A stretch of DNA of 64,000 nt from Thermoleophilia bacterium. Its GTDB lineage: Bacteria > Actinomycetota > Thermoleophilia > Gaiellales > Gaiellaceae. The position numbers were made by a program, and so were the translations under genes. Below the pieces are notes generated by a model that ran no database searches, was not told the origin of the DNA, and saw only the letters and a list, made by a program, of their open reading frames with translations. The first letter of the stretch is position 1, and each line of letters opens with the position of its first letter. The stretch lies in assembly GCA_017882605.1 (NCBI GenBank), contig JADGPE010000002.1, positions 9,381-73,380 of the forward strand. Reading direction: 5' to 3'. Shown here piece after piece: positions 36,486 to 45,700 of the stretch.

Positions 36486-37799
36486 GTGCTGCTCTTTCAG
36501 CAGTTCGTGGACGACGACCTCGGGTGCGCCTCGTATCTCGTCGGCGACCCCGGCACGGGAGCTGCCGTCGTCGTCGATCCCGCCTTCCGGATCGAGCAAT
36601 ATGTCGAAGCGGCCGGCGCAGCCGGCGTGCGGATCGAGCGGGTGCTCGAAACGCATACCCACGCCGACCACCTGTCGGGCCACGGTCGCCTCGCGCTCGA
36701 GCACGGCGTGCCGGTGGCGATCCACCCGATCGCCGAGCCCGACTACGCGTTCGAGCCACTCAGGGACGACCAGATATTGGAGGTCGGCGCGGTGCGGATC
36801 CGTGTGCTGCACACCCCGGGCCATCGTCCCGAGCATTGCGCGTACGTCGTCGACGACCGGATCGCACTCACGGGCGACTCCCTCTTCGTCGGGGACGCGG
36901 CGCGACCGGATCTCGCGGTCGCTGCGCGCGAGGGCGCGGAGGATCTCTTCCACTCGCTGGCGAAGCTGAGCGCGCTCGGCGACGGAGTTGAGGTGTATCC
37001 GGGCCATGTCGCAGGCTCGCTCTGCGGCGGCAACATGAGCAGCGAGCGCTCGTCGACGATGGCGCACGAGCGTGAATCGAACAGCGCGCTCGCCTTCCGC
37101 GACGTACAGGAGTTCGTGCTCGTCTCCGCTTCCGTCTCGACTCCCCGGCCGCCGACCACTGCGCTCGTCGTCTCCCTCAACCGCGGCCCCTGGGTCGGGC
37201 GCCCGGATGATCCGGCGGAGCTCGCACAGCCCGGCGAGGCGACCGTGCTCGACGTTCGCCCGTTCGCCGACCACACCGCCGGGCACGTGACGGGCGCGAT
37301 CAGCGTCCCGGTCACCGGGTCGTCATTCGGGACGAAGGCGGGATTCGTGCTGATCGCGGACGAGCCGGTCGTCCTGCACGCTCGCTCGCGCGAGGAGGCG
37401 CTCGAGGCCGCGTGGCGGCTTTGGGCGATCGGCAAGCTCGAGCTGGCCGGATACGTGCTCTCACCGCACGCGACCGAGACCCTCGCGACGGTCGACGTTC
37501 CCGAGCTGAAACGCCTGCTCGAGACCGCCGACGTGCAGCTGGTTGACGTGCGCGAGACGACCGAGCGCGACGACGGCTACATCGCCGGCTCGCGCAACAT
37601 CCCGTACCGCCTCATCCGCAAGCTGGGCTGTGGGGCGCTCGAGCGCTCGAAACCGGTCGTCACGGTGTGCGAGAGCGGCCCGCGGGCGGCGATCGCGGCC
37701 TCGCTGCTGCAACGGGAGGGCTTCGACGTGCGGGCCGTCGCCGTCGGCGGCATCGCGGACTTCACCGACACCGTGTCGTTCCGCCGCTGCGGCCGCTGA
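36486..37799 (+). CDS. MBL-fold hydrolase fused to two rhodanese domains (persulfide dioxygenase-sulfurtransferase type)
   Basis: HTHADHLSG metal motif; rhodanese active loop CESGPR near C-terminus. Confidence 0.85.
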   Translation: MLLFQQFVDDDLGCASYLVGDPGTGAAVVVDPAFRIEQYVEAAGAAGVRIERVLETHTHADHLSGHGRLALEHGVPVAIHPIAEPDYAFEPLRDDQILEVGAVRIRVLHTPGHRPEHCAYVVDDRIALTGDSLFVGDAARPDLAVAAREGAEDLFHSLAKLSALGDGVEVYPGHVAGSLCGGNMSSERSSTMAHERESNSALAFRDVQEFVLVSASVSTPRPPTTALVVSLNRGPWVGRPDDPAELAQPGEATVLDVRPFADHTAGHVTGAISVPVTGSSFGTKAGFVLIADEPVVLHARSREEALEAAWRLWAIGKLELAGYVLSPHATETLATVDVPELKRLLETADVQLVDVRETTERDDGYIAGSRNIPYRLIRKLGCGALERSKPVVTVCESGPRAAIAASLLQREGFDVRAVAVGGIADFTDTVSFRRCGR

Positions 37800-37801
37800 T
37801 C

Positions 37802-38566
37802 ATGGCCGGCTCCATGTTCACGGGGCCTGAGGCATATGACCGCTTCATGGGGCGCTACTCGGTTCCGCTCGCCCCGGAGCTGGCCGACTTCGCAGGTGTG
37901 GCAGCGGGGCAGCGCGTGCTGGACGTCGGCTGTGGCCCGGGCGCGCTGACGGCCGAGCTCGTCGACCGCCTCGGAGCGGCTGCAGTCTCCGCCGTCGATC
38001 CGTCGGAGCCGTTCGTGGCAGCAGCGCGGAGCCGCCTCCCCGGCGCGGATGTCCGCCTGGGGGCGGCGGAACAGCTGCCGTTCGCGGACGGCGAGTTCGA
38101 CGCTGCGCTGGCGCAGCTCGCCGTGCACTTCATGGCGGATCCGCTAGTCGGACTCACCGAGCTGGCACGGGTGACGCGCAGCGGGGGCGTGGTCGCAGCC
38201 TGTGTCTGGGATCACGCGCACGGCGGCGGTCCTCTGGCCGCCTTCTGGGAAGCAGCCCGCGAGCTCGATCCCGGCGTCGAGGACGAATCGCAGCTCGCCG
38301 GCACCCGGCAGGGCCACCTCGCCGAGCTCTTCGAGGCGGCGGGGCTGCAGGACGTCGAGGAGAGCACGCTCACGGTTCACGTCGCGCATCCGAGCTTCGA
38401 CGAGTGGTGGGAGCCGTTCACCCTCGGCGTCGGCCCGGCGGGGTCGTATCTCTCGTCACTCCCGGCGCAGCAGAGCGGGCGACTGCGCGAGCGTTGCGCC
38501 GGGATGTTTCCTGCGGGTGAGGTTCACATCAGCGCCCGGGCGTGGGCGGCGCGGGGCCTGAGCTAG
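37802..38566 (+). CDS. class I SAM-dependent methyltransferase
   Basis: VLDVGCGPGALT motif I; FDAALAQLAVHFM. Confidence 0.85.
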   Translation: MAGSMFTGPEAYDRFMGRYSVPLAPELADFAGVAAGQRVLDVGCGPGALTAELVDRLGAAAVSAVDPSEPFVAAARSRLPGADVRLGAAEQLPFADGEFDAALAQLAVHFMADPLVGLTELARVTRSGGVVAACVWDHAHGGGPLAAFWEAARELDPGVEDESQLAGTRQGHLAELFEAAGLQDVEESTLTVHVAHPSFDEWWEPFTLGVGPAGSYLSSLPAQQSGRLRERCAGMFPAGEVHISARAWAARGLS

Positions 38567-39759
38567 AAGACGTCGAGAGTCGGGAACGCCGTCGCGGCGG
38601 TGAGGCAGTCGTACAGGTAGACCGCCGTGCCGAGATCGCCCGTCCAGAGCGTGTAGCGGCCGCAGCCGTGCTCGGCTCTCGACCGCTCGAGCTGCTCGAT
38701 GGAGTGCATGGCGAATCGGCGCGCGCGTTCGAGCCAGAGCTCGTCGCCGGTGCGTTCGAACAACTTCAGGAACGCGTAGCCGTTCCCGGCGGTTCCATGG
38801 CAGAGGTTGGCGCCCTTCGCGAGCGGTCCTGCCTGCCACGTCAGCTCGCCACCGGCCAGCAGCAGCTCGCTCAGCTGCTCGTCGCCCGGAGCGAGTGACG
38901 CGAGCGAGGCGACGATCCCGGGCGCGCCGTGGCACCACTGGGTTCGAATCGGCTGCGGCTTGCCCGAACGACTCCTGTCGGGGCTCGGGGGCCACTGGCA
39001 GAGGCCGTCGGCGCGCTGGGCATACCTGGCCGCCGTCGCAATCGCACGCCGGTCGAGCTCCGCGCGGCGGGGGCCGTCGAGCCCGTCACCCTGGGCGAGC
39101 GCGACGATGTTGCCGGCGAAGCCGTGTGCCGGCCCGAGATAGCGCACGGTGCCCCCGTAGAGGTCCTGCACCCAGAGATCGTCGTGCCACTCCGCCCAGA
39201 GGACCTCCGCCGAGTCGCGCCACGCCTCGTGCCAGTGCGCCGCCCCTGTTCGCTCGTGCAGCACCCGAGCGGCGATCATCGTTCCCGGCGAGCCCCACAT
39301 CAGCTCCAGGCTCGGATTTGCGACGTTCGCCCGCACGGCCCCGAGCAGCCGCTCCTCCTGCCAGGCGGCGGGCGCGAGCGTGTGCGCGACCAGCAGGATC
39401 CCGGCTTCCCCCATCAGGAGCGACGGGACGGGCCCGCCCACCTCGTCCTCGAAGTCCGGTCGAGCTGCATAGCGCTCGACCAGCCCCACGGCGACCGGAG
39501 CCCAGTCACGCCGAAGCTCGGCGGCACCGGCGCGCCCGAGCCGGTCGAGCGCCCAGATCACGCCCGAGGCGCCCAGGTAGAGCGATGCCACCTGCGGCAG
39601 CGGCCCACCCTCCTCGTCGAGCGGATGCGCCGGCCACAACGAGCCGTCGTCGAACGCGCCTTCCGCATCGGCGACGACCGCCGCGATCGCCGCACGCGCA
39701 CGCCGGTCGTCCCAGGGACGTTCGGTGATCGGCTCGTGGCTGGGGGGATCGAACAACAC
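38563..39759 (-). CDS. LanC-like (lanthionine synthetase C family) protein
   Basis: WCHGAPGIV and LCHGTAGNGYAF zinc-ligand motifs, repeated GxxG helical-toroid pattern. Confidence 0.8.
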   Translation of the reverse strand: MLFDPPSHEPITERPWDDRRARAAIAAVVADAEGAFDDGSLWPAHPLDEEGGPLPQVASLYLGASGVIWALDRLGRAGAAELRRDWAPVAVGLVERYAARPDFEDEVGGPVPSLLMGEAGILLVAHTLAPAAWQEERLLGAVRANVANPSLELMWGSPGTMIAARVLHERTGAAHWHEAWRDSAEVLWAEWHDDLWVQDLYGGTVRYLGPAHGFAGNIVALAQGDGLDGPRRAELDRRAIATAARYAQRADGLCQWPPSPDRSRSGKPQPIRTQWCHGAPGIVASLASLAPGDEQLSELLLAGGELTWQAGPLAKGANLCHGTAGNGYAFLKLFERTGDELWLERARRFAMHSIEQLERSRAEHGCGRYTLWTGDLGTAVYLYDCLTAATAFPTLDVF

Positions 39760-39780
39760 GGTGTGCTCGTCCCGCCCGGG

Positions 39781-40980
39781 CTACCTGAGACGCTCGAACT
39801 CGTAACCGGCGGCGGCGAGAGCGCTGCAGAGCTCGACGCAGTGCTGCTCGTCGCGCGTGACGAGCGTCAGCTCGACGCCGGTTCGAACGAGACCGATCCC
39901 CATCCCCTCGCGGCGGTGGTTGATCTCGACGATGTTGCCACGCCGGTCTGCGACGAGTTGCAACAGCTTCAAGAGCTCGCCCGGGTGATCCGGGACGCTC
40001 GTACGCAGGACGAGATACCGCCCGGCGCGCGCGAGGCCGTGCCGAACGACCGACATGAGCAGCGTCGCGTCGATGTTGCCGCCGGAGAGGAGCGCGCATA
40101 CACCGCCGGCCCCGCCCGCCTTGCCACCGAGCAGCGCCGCGACGGAGGCGGCGCCCGCGCCCTCGACGACGAGCTTGGAGCGCTCGAGCAAGAGCGTGAT
40201 CGCCTCGGCGATCTCCTCGTCGTCGACATGAACGACCTCGTCGAGCAGTTGGTCGAGAATCGACATCGTCAGCTCTCCCGGGTGCTTGACGGCGATGCCG
40301 TCGGCGATCGTCCCCTGCCCGTGCTTGCCCGCCTGCACTCCGACGAGCCGGACTCCGGGCCTGAGCGCGCGTAGCGCGATCGCGATCCCCGCCGCGAGCC
40401 CGCCGCCGCCGATCGGGAGGAGGAACGTCTCCGCGTCCGGCAGCTGCTCCGCGAGCTCGAGGCCGAGCGTGCCCTGGCCGGCGATCACGGCTTCGTCCTC
40501 GAATGCGTGCACGAAGGTCGCACCGGACGCCTCTGCACGTGCCATCGCCTCGGCGAGGGCGTCGTCGAAGGTCTCCCCGGCGAGCACGGTCTCGGCGCCG
40601 TAGTTGCGCGTCGCGTCGACCTTCGCCATCGGTGCGTCCTGCGGCATGAAGACGGTGGCGCGAATCCCGAGCTCGCGCGCCGCCCACGCAACCGCCTGGC
40701 CGTGGTTCCCCGCGCTTGCAGCGATCACGCCTGCGGCCCGCTCATCGCTGGCGAGGCCCGTCAGCTTGTTGACGGCACCGCGAATCTTGAAGGAGCCTGT
40801 TCGCTGCAGGTTCTCGGCCTTCAGCCAGACTCGGCGGCCGGCGCGCCGCGACAGCGTCTCGGATCCGTAGACCGGCGTGACGCGCGCGTGCCCGGCGACG
40901 CGCTCGCGCGCCGCTTCGAGCTCAGGGAGTGTCGGAGCCGTCTGCGTCGCCAACGTGGAACACCTTCTGGAGGATTTCAC
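39781..40980 (-). CDS. ilvA: threonine ammonia-lyase (short, single regulatory domain)
   Basis: PLP lysine motif GSFKIRGA, GGGGLAAG loop; start uncertain (GTG 40980 or TTG 40953). Confidence 0.88.
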   Translation of the reverse strand: MKSSRRCSTLATQTAPTLPELEAARERVAGHARVTPVYGSETLSRRAGRRVWLKAENLQRTGSFKIRGAVNKLTGLASDERAAGVIAASAGNHGQAVAWAARELGIRATVFMPQDAPMAKVDATRNYGAETVLAGETFDDALAEAMARAEASGATFVHAFEDEAVIAGQGTLGLELAEQLPDAETFLLPIGGGGLAAGIAIALRALRPGVRLVGVQAGKHGQGTIADGIAVKHPGELTMSILDQLLDEVVHVDDEEIAEAITLLLERSKLVVEGAGAASVAALLGGKAGGAGGVCALLSGGNIDATLLMSVVRHGLARAGRYLVLRTSVPDHPGELLKLLQLVADRRGNIVEINHRREGMGIGLVRTGVELTLVTRDEQHCVELCSALAAAGYEFERLR

Positions 40981-41914
40981 GAACCGCAGTCAGCGGGTCG
41001 AGGCGACGCGCCTGCACCTCGTCCAGCAGGCGCTGCAGCTCCGCATCACCCTGCACCGCTCGCTCGATGTGACGGCGTGCGCGGCTGGACGCGACCTGGA
41101 AGACCTCGGAGGCGAGATTGCGGCGGCGGCGCGCGTCGAGCTCACCGTCGGCCTCCAGCCACGCGCGGTGCTCCTTGATCTTCTCCCACAGGGTCTCGAC
41201 GCCTTCGCCGCGCATCGCCTCCGTGAGCACGATCGGCGGGCGCCAGCCCTCGTGTGGGCCGAGGGCGAGCACCTGCCGGACCTCGTTCAGCATCGTCTCC
41301 GCCATCGGGTGATCCAGCTTGTTGATCGCGATCACGTCGGGGATCTCCATGATCCCGGCTTTCAGCGCCTGGATCGAGTCACCCGAGCCGGGCATCAGCG
41401 CCAGCACGACGGTGTCGGCGATCGAGAGCACGCCGACCTCGCTCTGGCCGGTGCCGACGGTCTCGAGGAAGACGACGTCCTTGCCGGCGGCGTCGAGCAC
41501 GAGCAGCGTCTGCAGGGTCGTCTCGGCGAGCCCGCCCAGATGCCCTCGGGTTCCCATCGAGCGAATGAACACCTCCGGGTCGAGGAAATGGTCGGTGAGC
41601 CGGATCCGGTCGCCGAGCAGCGCTCCCTGGGTGAACGGGCTCGACGGGTCGACCGAGATGACACCGACGGTCTGCTCCTCGGCGCGCACGAGGCGAATCA
41701 ACTGGGACACGAGGGTCGACTTGCCGACGCCGGGCGGCCCGGTCAGGCCGACGGCGAACGCGTGGCCGGTCTTCGGATACACGTCGCTGACCACCTCGTA
41801 GGCAAGTGGGTCGCCGTTCTCCACGAGCGTGATCGCGCGCGCGAGCGCACGGCGGTCGCCCGCCAGGATGGCTTCGACGAGACGCTTCCGCGTCCAGTTG
41901 CGCCGCTCGCTCAC
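40922..41914 (-). CDS. meaB: MeaB/ArgK-type G-protein metallochaperone
   Basis: ALARAITLVEN, P-loop GPPGVGKST, VGTGQSE, NKLD. Confidence 0.88.
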   Translation of the reverse strand: MSERRNWTRKRLVEAILAGDRRALARAITLVENGDPLAYEVVSDVYPKTGHAFAVGLTGPPGVGKSTLVSQLIRLVRAEEQTVGVISVDPSSPFTQGALLGDRIRLTDHFLDPEVFIRSMGTRGHLGGLAETTLQTLLVLDAAGKDVVFLETVGTGQSEVGVLSIADTVVLALMPGSGDSIQALKAGIMEIPDVIAINKLDHPMAETMLNEVRQVLALGPHEGWRPPIVLTEAMRGEGVETLWEKIKEHRAWLEADGELDARRRRNLASEVFQVASSRARRHIERAVQGDAELQRLLDEVQARRLDPLTAVREILQKVFHVGDADGSDTP

Positions 41915-41923
41915 GCCCTGATG

Positions 41924-43135
41924 CTACGCAGCCAGCTCGCGGGCGACCGCCGACCGCGGTCTCACGCGTCGCGCGAGCACGTACGCGGTGAGACCGCCGC
42001 TCGCCGTGAGCACACCGGCGACCCCGTAGGACCAGCGTGCCCCGGCGGCGGTCGTCAACGCGCCGGCGGCGAGCATGGCAAGCCCGAGCAACGCATTGTG
42101 GGCGCTGATGATCAAGGTGAACGTCCGGCCGCGCAACCGGTCGACGGTGTGCTGCTGGACGATCAGCACTGTCAGCGGGAAGGTGACGCCGTTGCCGAAC
42201 CCGGACAGCGTCATCGCGAGCGCCGCGACCCACACGTTGGGCGCCAACGCGGCACCGGTGGTCCCGGCCGCCCACGGGACGAAACCCAGTGGATAGACAC
42301 GCAGGGGCCGACGGCGGCCGACGATGGCTCCGGTCAGGAGACTCCCGATCACGAGCCCGACGCCGCTGGCGGTCCACAACAGGCCGTAACCAAAGGCGCC
42401 CGAGCCGAGCGAGCGCTTCGCGAGTGCGATCTCGGAGACGTTGACGAGGCCGGAGGCGAGCATCGTCAGCCCGAAGGCGGCGAGCACGATCACGAGCGCG
42501 CGAGACTGCCTGAACGTGTCGAATCCGTCCCGGAGATCGTGCAGGCGGCCGCGCGTGATGCCCTGCTCGCTCTGGAGGAACCGGGCGGGTATGCGAATGA
42601 GCAGCAGAGCCGAGAGCAGGAACGTGGCCGCGTTGATCCAGTAGACGACGGCCGGGCTCGACCAGCCGGCGATTGCGCCGCCGAGAATCGGGCCGACAGC
42701 GGTCGCCAGCCAGTCGGTCGCCTGGAGCAGCGACGTGGCGCCCGCGAGATCGGCCTCCGGGACCAGATTCGGGACGCCGGCCAGCACCGCCGGCCGGAAG
42801 AACGAGTTGGCGGTCCCTGCGACACCCGCGAGCACGATGATCGCGAGCGGGGTGCCGACGAACGGCAAGGTGCAGAACACGGCGAGACGCACGATGTCTG
42901 CCGAGACGATCAGCCGCTTGCGTGAGAGCAGGTCGACCAGCGGGCCTGCAACGAGCCCGACGATCACCGACGGCACGAAGGTGACGATGAAGAGAGCCGC
43001 CACCCACCACGTCGAGCCTGTGCGGTCGAAGATGTCGAGGGTGAGGGCGATCGTGGCCATCCACGTCCCGACGCCGGAACCGAGCGTGGCGAAGAAGAGC
43101 AGCCGGAAGTTGTCGTAGCGGAGCGCCGGCATTCG
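41924..43135 (-). CDS. MFS transporter
   Basis: Start ATG 43135 (MPALRYDNFRLLFF); 12 hydrophobic segments. Confidence 0.85.
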   Translation of the reverse strand, partial: RMPALRYDNFRLLFFATLGSGVGTWMATIALTLDIFDRTGSTWWVAALFIVTFVPSVIVGLVAGPLVDLLSRKRLIVSADIVRLAVFCTLPFVGTPLAIIVLAGVAGTANSFFRPAVLAGVPNLVPEADLAGATSLLQATDWLATAVGPILGGAIAGWSSPAVVYWINAATFLLSALLLIRIPARFLQSEQGITRGRLHDLRDGFDTFRQSRALVIVLAAFGLTMLASGLVNVSEIALAKRSLGSGAFGYGLLWTASGVGLVIGSLLTGAIVGRRRPLRVYPLGFVPWAAGTTGAALAPNVWVAALAMTLSGFGNGVTFPLTVLIVQQHTVDRLRGRTFTLIISAHNALLGLAMLAAGALTTAAGARWSYGVAGVLTASGGLTAYVLARRVRPRSAVARELAA

Positions 43136-43158
43136 CCGACTAAGCGAGAACCGTCCGC

Positions 43159-44280
43159 TCACGCGTGCGCGAGCGCCCGTCCGAGCGCCGCCGCGAACAG
43201 GTCGAGCTCGTCGGGTGTGCCGACCGAGATGCGAATCGCAGTCGGCGACCCGAAGCCCACCAGCGGCCGCACGATGATCCCTTCGTGCAGCAACCGGTCG
43301 AAGAGCCCGCCGGCGTCGACGCCCGTGTCGACGTAGAGGAAGTTGCCGACGGACGGGACGGGCTCGAGCCCGTGCTCGACGAGCAGTGCGTGGAGGCGCA
43401 CGAGCCCGTCCGCATTGACCGTCCGGCGACGGGCGATCTCGGCGCCGTCGTCGATGCTCGCGATCGCTGCAGCCTGGGCCGAGGTCGTCACGTCGAACGG
43501 GCGCCGCACTTTCGCCATCGCCGCACACACCGAGCGTGGGGCGACCGCGTAGCCGACACGCAGTCCCGCCAGCCCGTAGATCTTCGAGAAGGTCCGCAGG
43601 ATCGCGACGTGACGGCCCGTCTTCAGATAGCGCTCGACGGCGTCGGGGTAGTCGGGCCGGTCGATGTACTCGAAGTACGCCTGGTCGACGACGGTGAGCA
43701 CGTGGCCGGGAACGCGCTCGAAGTACGCGTCGAGCTCGTCGACGGTGTTCATCGTCCCGGTCGGGTTGTTGGGCAGGCAGATGTAGACGAGCTTCGTGCG
43801 CTCGTCAACCGCATCCAGCAGCGCGCCCAGGTCGTAGCGATGCTCGGCGAGCGGGACGAGCACCGGCTCGGCACCCTGCTTGCGGGCGTAGATCACATAG
43901 CTCGGGAACGACGGCCAGCCGCAGACGACGCGGTCTCCGGGATCGAGGATCGCCTGGCTGATCATGTCGATGCAACCGTCCGCCCCGGCGCCCACGCTGA
44001 TCTCGTCGAACGCCATGCCGTGCCGGCCGGCGAGCGCCTCGTGCAGCCGGTAGATGCCGCCGTCCGGATACCGGTTGAGGTCTCGCGCAGTGCGGTCGAG
44101 CGCTTCGAGCGCAGCCGGGAACGGGCCGAACGGGCCTTCGTTCGAAGCGAGCTTGATCACGCGCGCGAGCCCAAGCTCACGCTGCACGTCCTCGACGGGC
44201 TTGCCCGGCTGGTAGGGCGTCAGCGCATTGACGCTGGGCCGAAAGAAGGCGTCGCCGAAATCCTCGAATCCGCTCGTCAC
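43159..44280 (-). CDS. hisC: histidinol-phosphate aminotransferase family protein
   Basis: YQPGKP, KLASNEGP, PNNPTG, TFSKIYGLAGLRVGY (PLP lysine). Confidence 0.88.
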   Translation of the reverse strand: MTSGFEDFGDAFFRPSVNALTPYQPGKPVEDVQRELGLARVIKLASNEGPFGPFPAALEALDRTARDLNRYPDGGIYRLHEALAGRHGMAFDEISVGAGADGCIDMISQAILDPGDRVVCGWPSFPSYVIYARKQGAEPVLVPLAEHRYDLGALLDAVDERTKLVYICLPNNPTGTMNTVDELDAYFERVPGHVLTVVDQAYFEYIDRPDYPDAVERYLKTGRHVAILRTFSKIYGLAGLRVGYAVAPRSVCAAMAKVRRPFDVTTSAQAAAIASIDDGAEIARRRTVNADGLVRLHALLVEHGLEPVPSVGNFLYVDTGVDAGGLFDRLLHEGIIVRPLVGFGSPTAIRISVGTPDELDLFAAALGRALAHA

Positions 44281-44307
44281 GGCGGGACCCTACCCCGGGC
44301 TACGCTC

Positions 44308-44652
44308 GTGTGGGTGGACGACGGTTTCCAGGCGGTGATCGAGGCGGCGCTGGACTCGCTCCCCGTCGAGCTGCGAGCGCGGATCTCGAACCTCGAGCTC
44401 GTGGTCGAGGACGAACCGCCGCCGGGGCAACGCCTGCTCGGGCTCTACCAGGGCATCCCGCTGCCGCGCCGGGGCCACAACTACAGCGCAGCGCTTCCCG
44501 ACAAGATCACGATCTACCGCGGCCCGCTCGAGCGCGCATACGGTCACGACCCGCCGTTGCTGGACGAGCAGATCCGGCGGGTCGTGCTGCACGAGGTCGC
44601 CCACCATTTCGGGATCAGCGACCAACGGCTGATCGAGATCGACCGCTACTGA
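44308..44652 (+). CDS. zincin-like metallopeptidase family protein (DUF1025 type)
   Basis: HEVAHHFG zinc motif near C-terminus, ITIYRGPL; GTG 44308. Confidence 0.75.
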   Translation: MWVDDGFQAVIEAALDSLPVELRARISNLELVVEDEPPPGQRLLGLYQGIPLPRRGHNYSAALPDKITIYRGPLERAYGHDPPLLDEQIRRVVLHEVAHHFGISDQRLIEIDRY

Positions 44653-44657
44653 CGGCG

Positions 44658-44978
44658 TCACGCCTTGTTGATGCGAACGGCGGTGCCGTACGCGCAGATC
44701 TCCGTCCACGTGTCGCCCATCTCCGACGTGTCGAAGCGCATCGCGACGATCGCGTTCGCACCCTTCGCCTCGGCCTCCTCGGTCATCCGCGCGATCACGT
44801 CGTTGCGGCTGTCAACGAGAGCTTTCGTCATTCCCTTCAGCTCACCGCCCATGATCGACTTCAAGCCGGCGCCGAGCTGCGAGAAGGCGTTCCGCGAGCG
44901 GACCGTGAGGCCGAACACCTCGCCGTAGACGTCCTTGATCTCGTAGCCCGGAATGTCGTTCGTGGTCGTGATCAGCAT
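44658..44978 (-). CDS. YbjQ/UPF0145 family protein
   Basis: TTNDIPGYEI...GANAIVAMRFD pattern; ATG 44978. Confidence 0.85.
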   Translation of the reverse strand: MLITTTNDIPGYEIKDVYGEVFGLTVRSRNAFSQLGAGLKSIMGGELKGMTKALVDSRNDVIARMTEEAEAKGANAIVAMRFDTSEMGDTWTEICAYGTAVRINKA

Positions 44979-45063
44979 GGTCGAGCACCTCCGAATGGCC
45001 GGGGACAGGTAGCCGTCGCACCATCCCACACGCGACGACCCGAGATATGCCTAGGCTGCAGTT

Positions 45064-45690
45064 GTGTCGGAGCTCGGTCTCTTCCCGCTGCCGATCGTGC
45101 TCGTTCCAACCGAGCGGATCCCGTTGCACATCTTCGAACCGCGGTACCGGGAGCTGATCGACGAGTGCGTTGCAAACGACTCCGAGTTCGGGCTCGCCCT
45201 CTCCACCGGCGACGGTGCGGTTCACGAGATCGGGACTCGCGCGCGTGTGGCCGACGTGCTCGAGGTGCTCGAGGACGGCCGCTTGAACGTGATCGTCGCC
45301 GGCGGCGACCGATTTCGCCTACTCGACCTCACGAAGGGACGCGCATTCACGACCGGAATCGTCGAGCCAGTCGGAGATGACGACGATCCGGCCGACGTGG
45401 TCGACCTCGAGCGCGCGCTCGAGGTGTTCGGCGAGTTGGCGGCACTTGCGGAGAGCGATGTCGACGTCCCAGATCCGAAGTCATCGACCTTCGACTGGGA
45501 GCTTGCGGCCCGCGTCGACTTCGACGTCGACCAGAAGCAGGAGCTCCTCGCGATGACCTCGCCGCGGCGACGGATGGCGCGGCTGGTCGAAGTGCTCGAA
45601 ACGTCGCTCGAGGCTCTGCGCGCCGAGCAGCTCCTGCGCGAGCGCGCCGGCCGTAACGGCAAGGTCACGCCCATCGACCCCGAGCCCTGA
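45064..45690 (+). CDS. Lon N-terminal (substrate-binding) domain protein
   Basis: LFPLPIVLVPTERIPLHIFEPRYRELI. Confidence 0.8.
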   Translation: MSELGLFPLPIVLVPTERIPLHIFEPRYRELIDECVANDSEFGLALSTGDGAVHEIGTRARVADVLEVLEDGRLNVIVAGGDRFRLLDLTKGRAFTTGIVEPVGDDDDPADVVDLERALEVFGELAALAESDVDVPDPKSSTFDWELAARVDFDVDQKQELLAMTSPRRRMARLVEVLETSLEALRAEQLLRERAGRNGKVTPIDPEP

Positions 45691-45700
45691 GCGTGGTTCG

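Noticed and set aside
40877-42925. 682-aa plus-strand ORF, and the 561-aa minus-strand ORF at 41379..43064
   Set aside because: Both overlap meaB (P-loop motifs) and the MFS transporter, in alternative frames or antisense. Compositionally biased translations.
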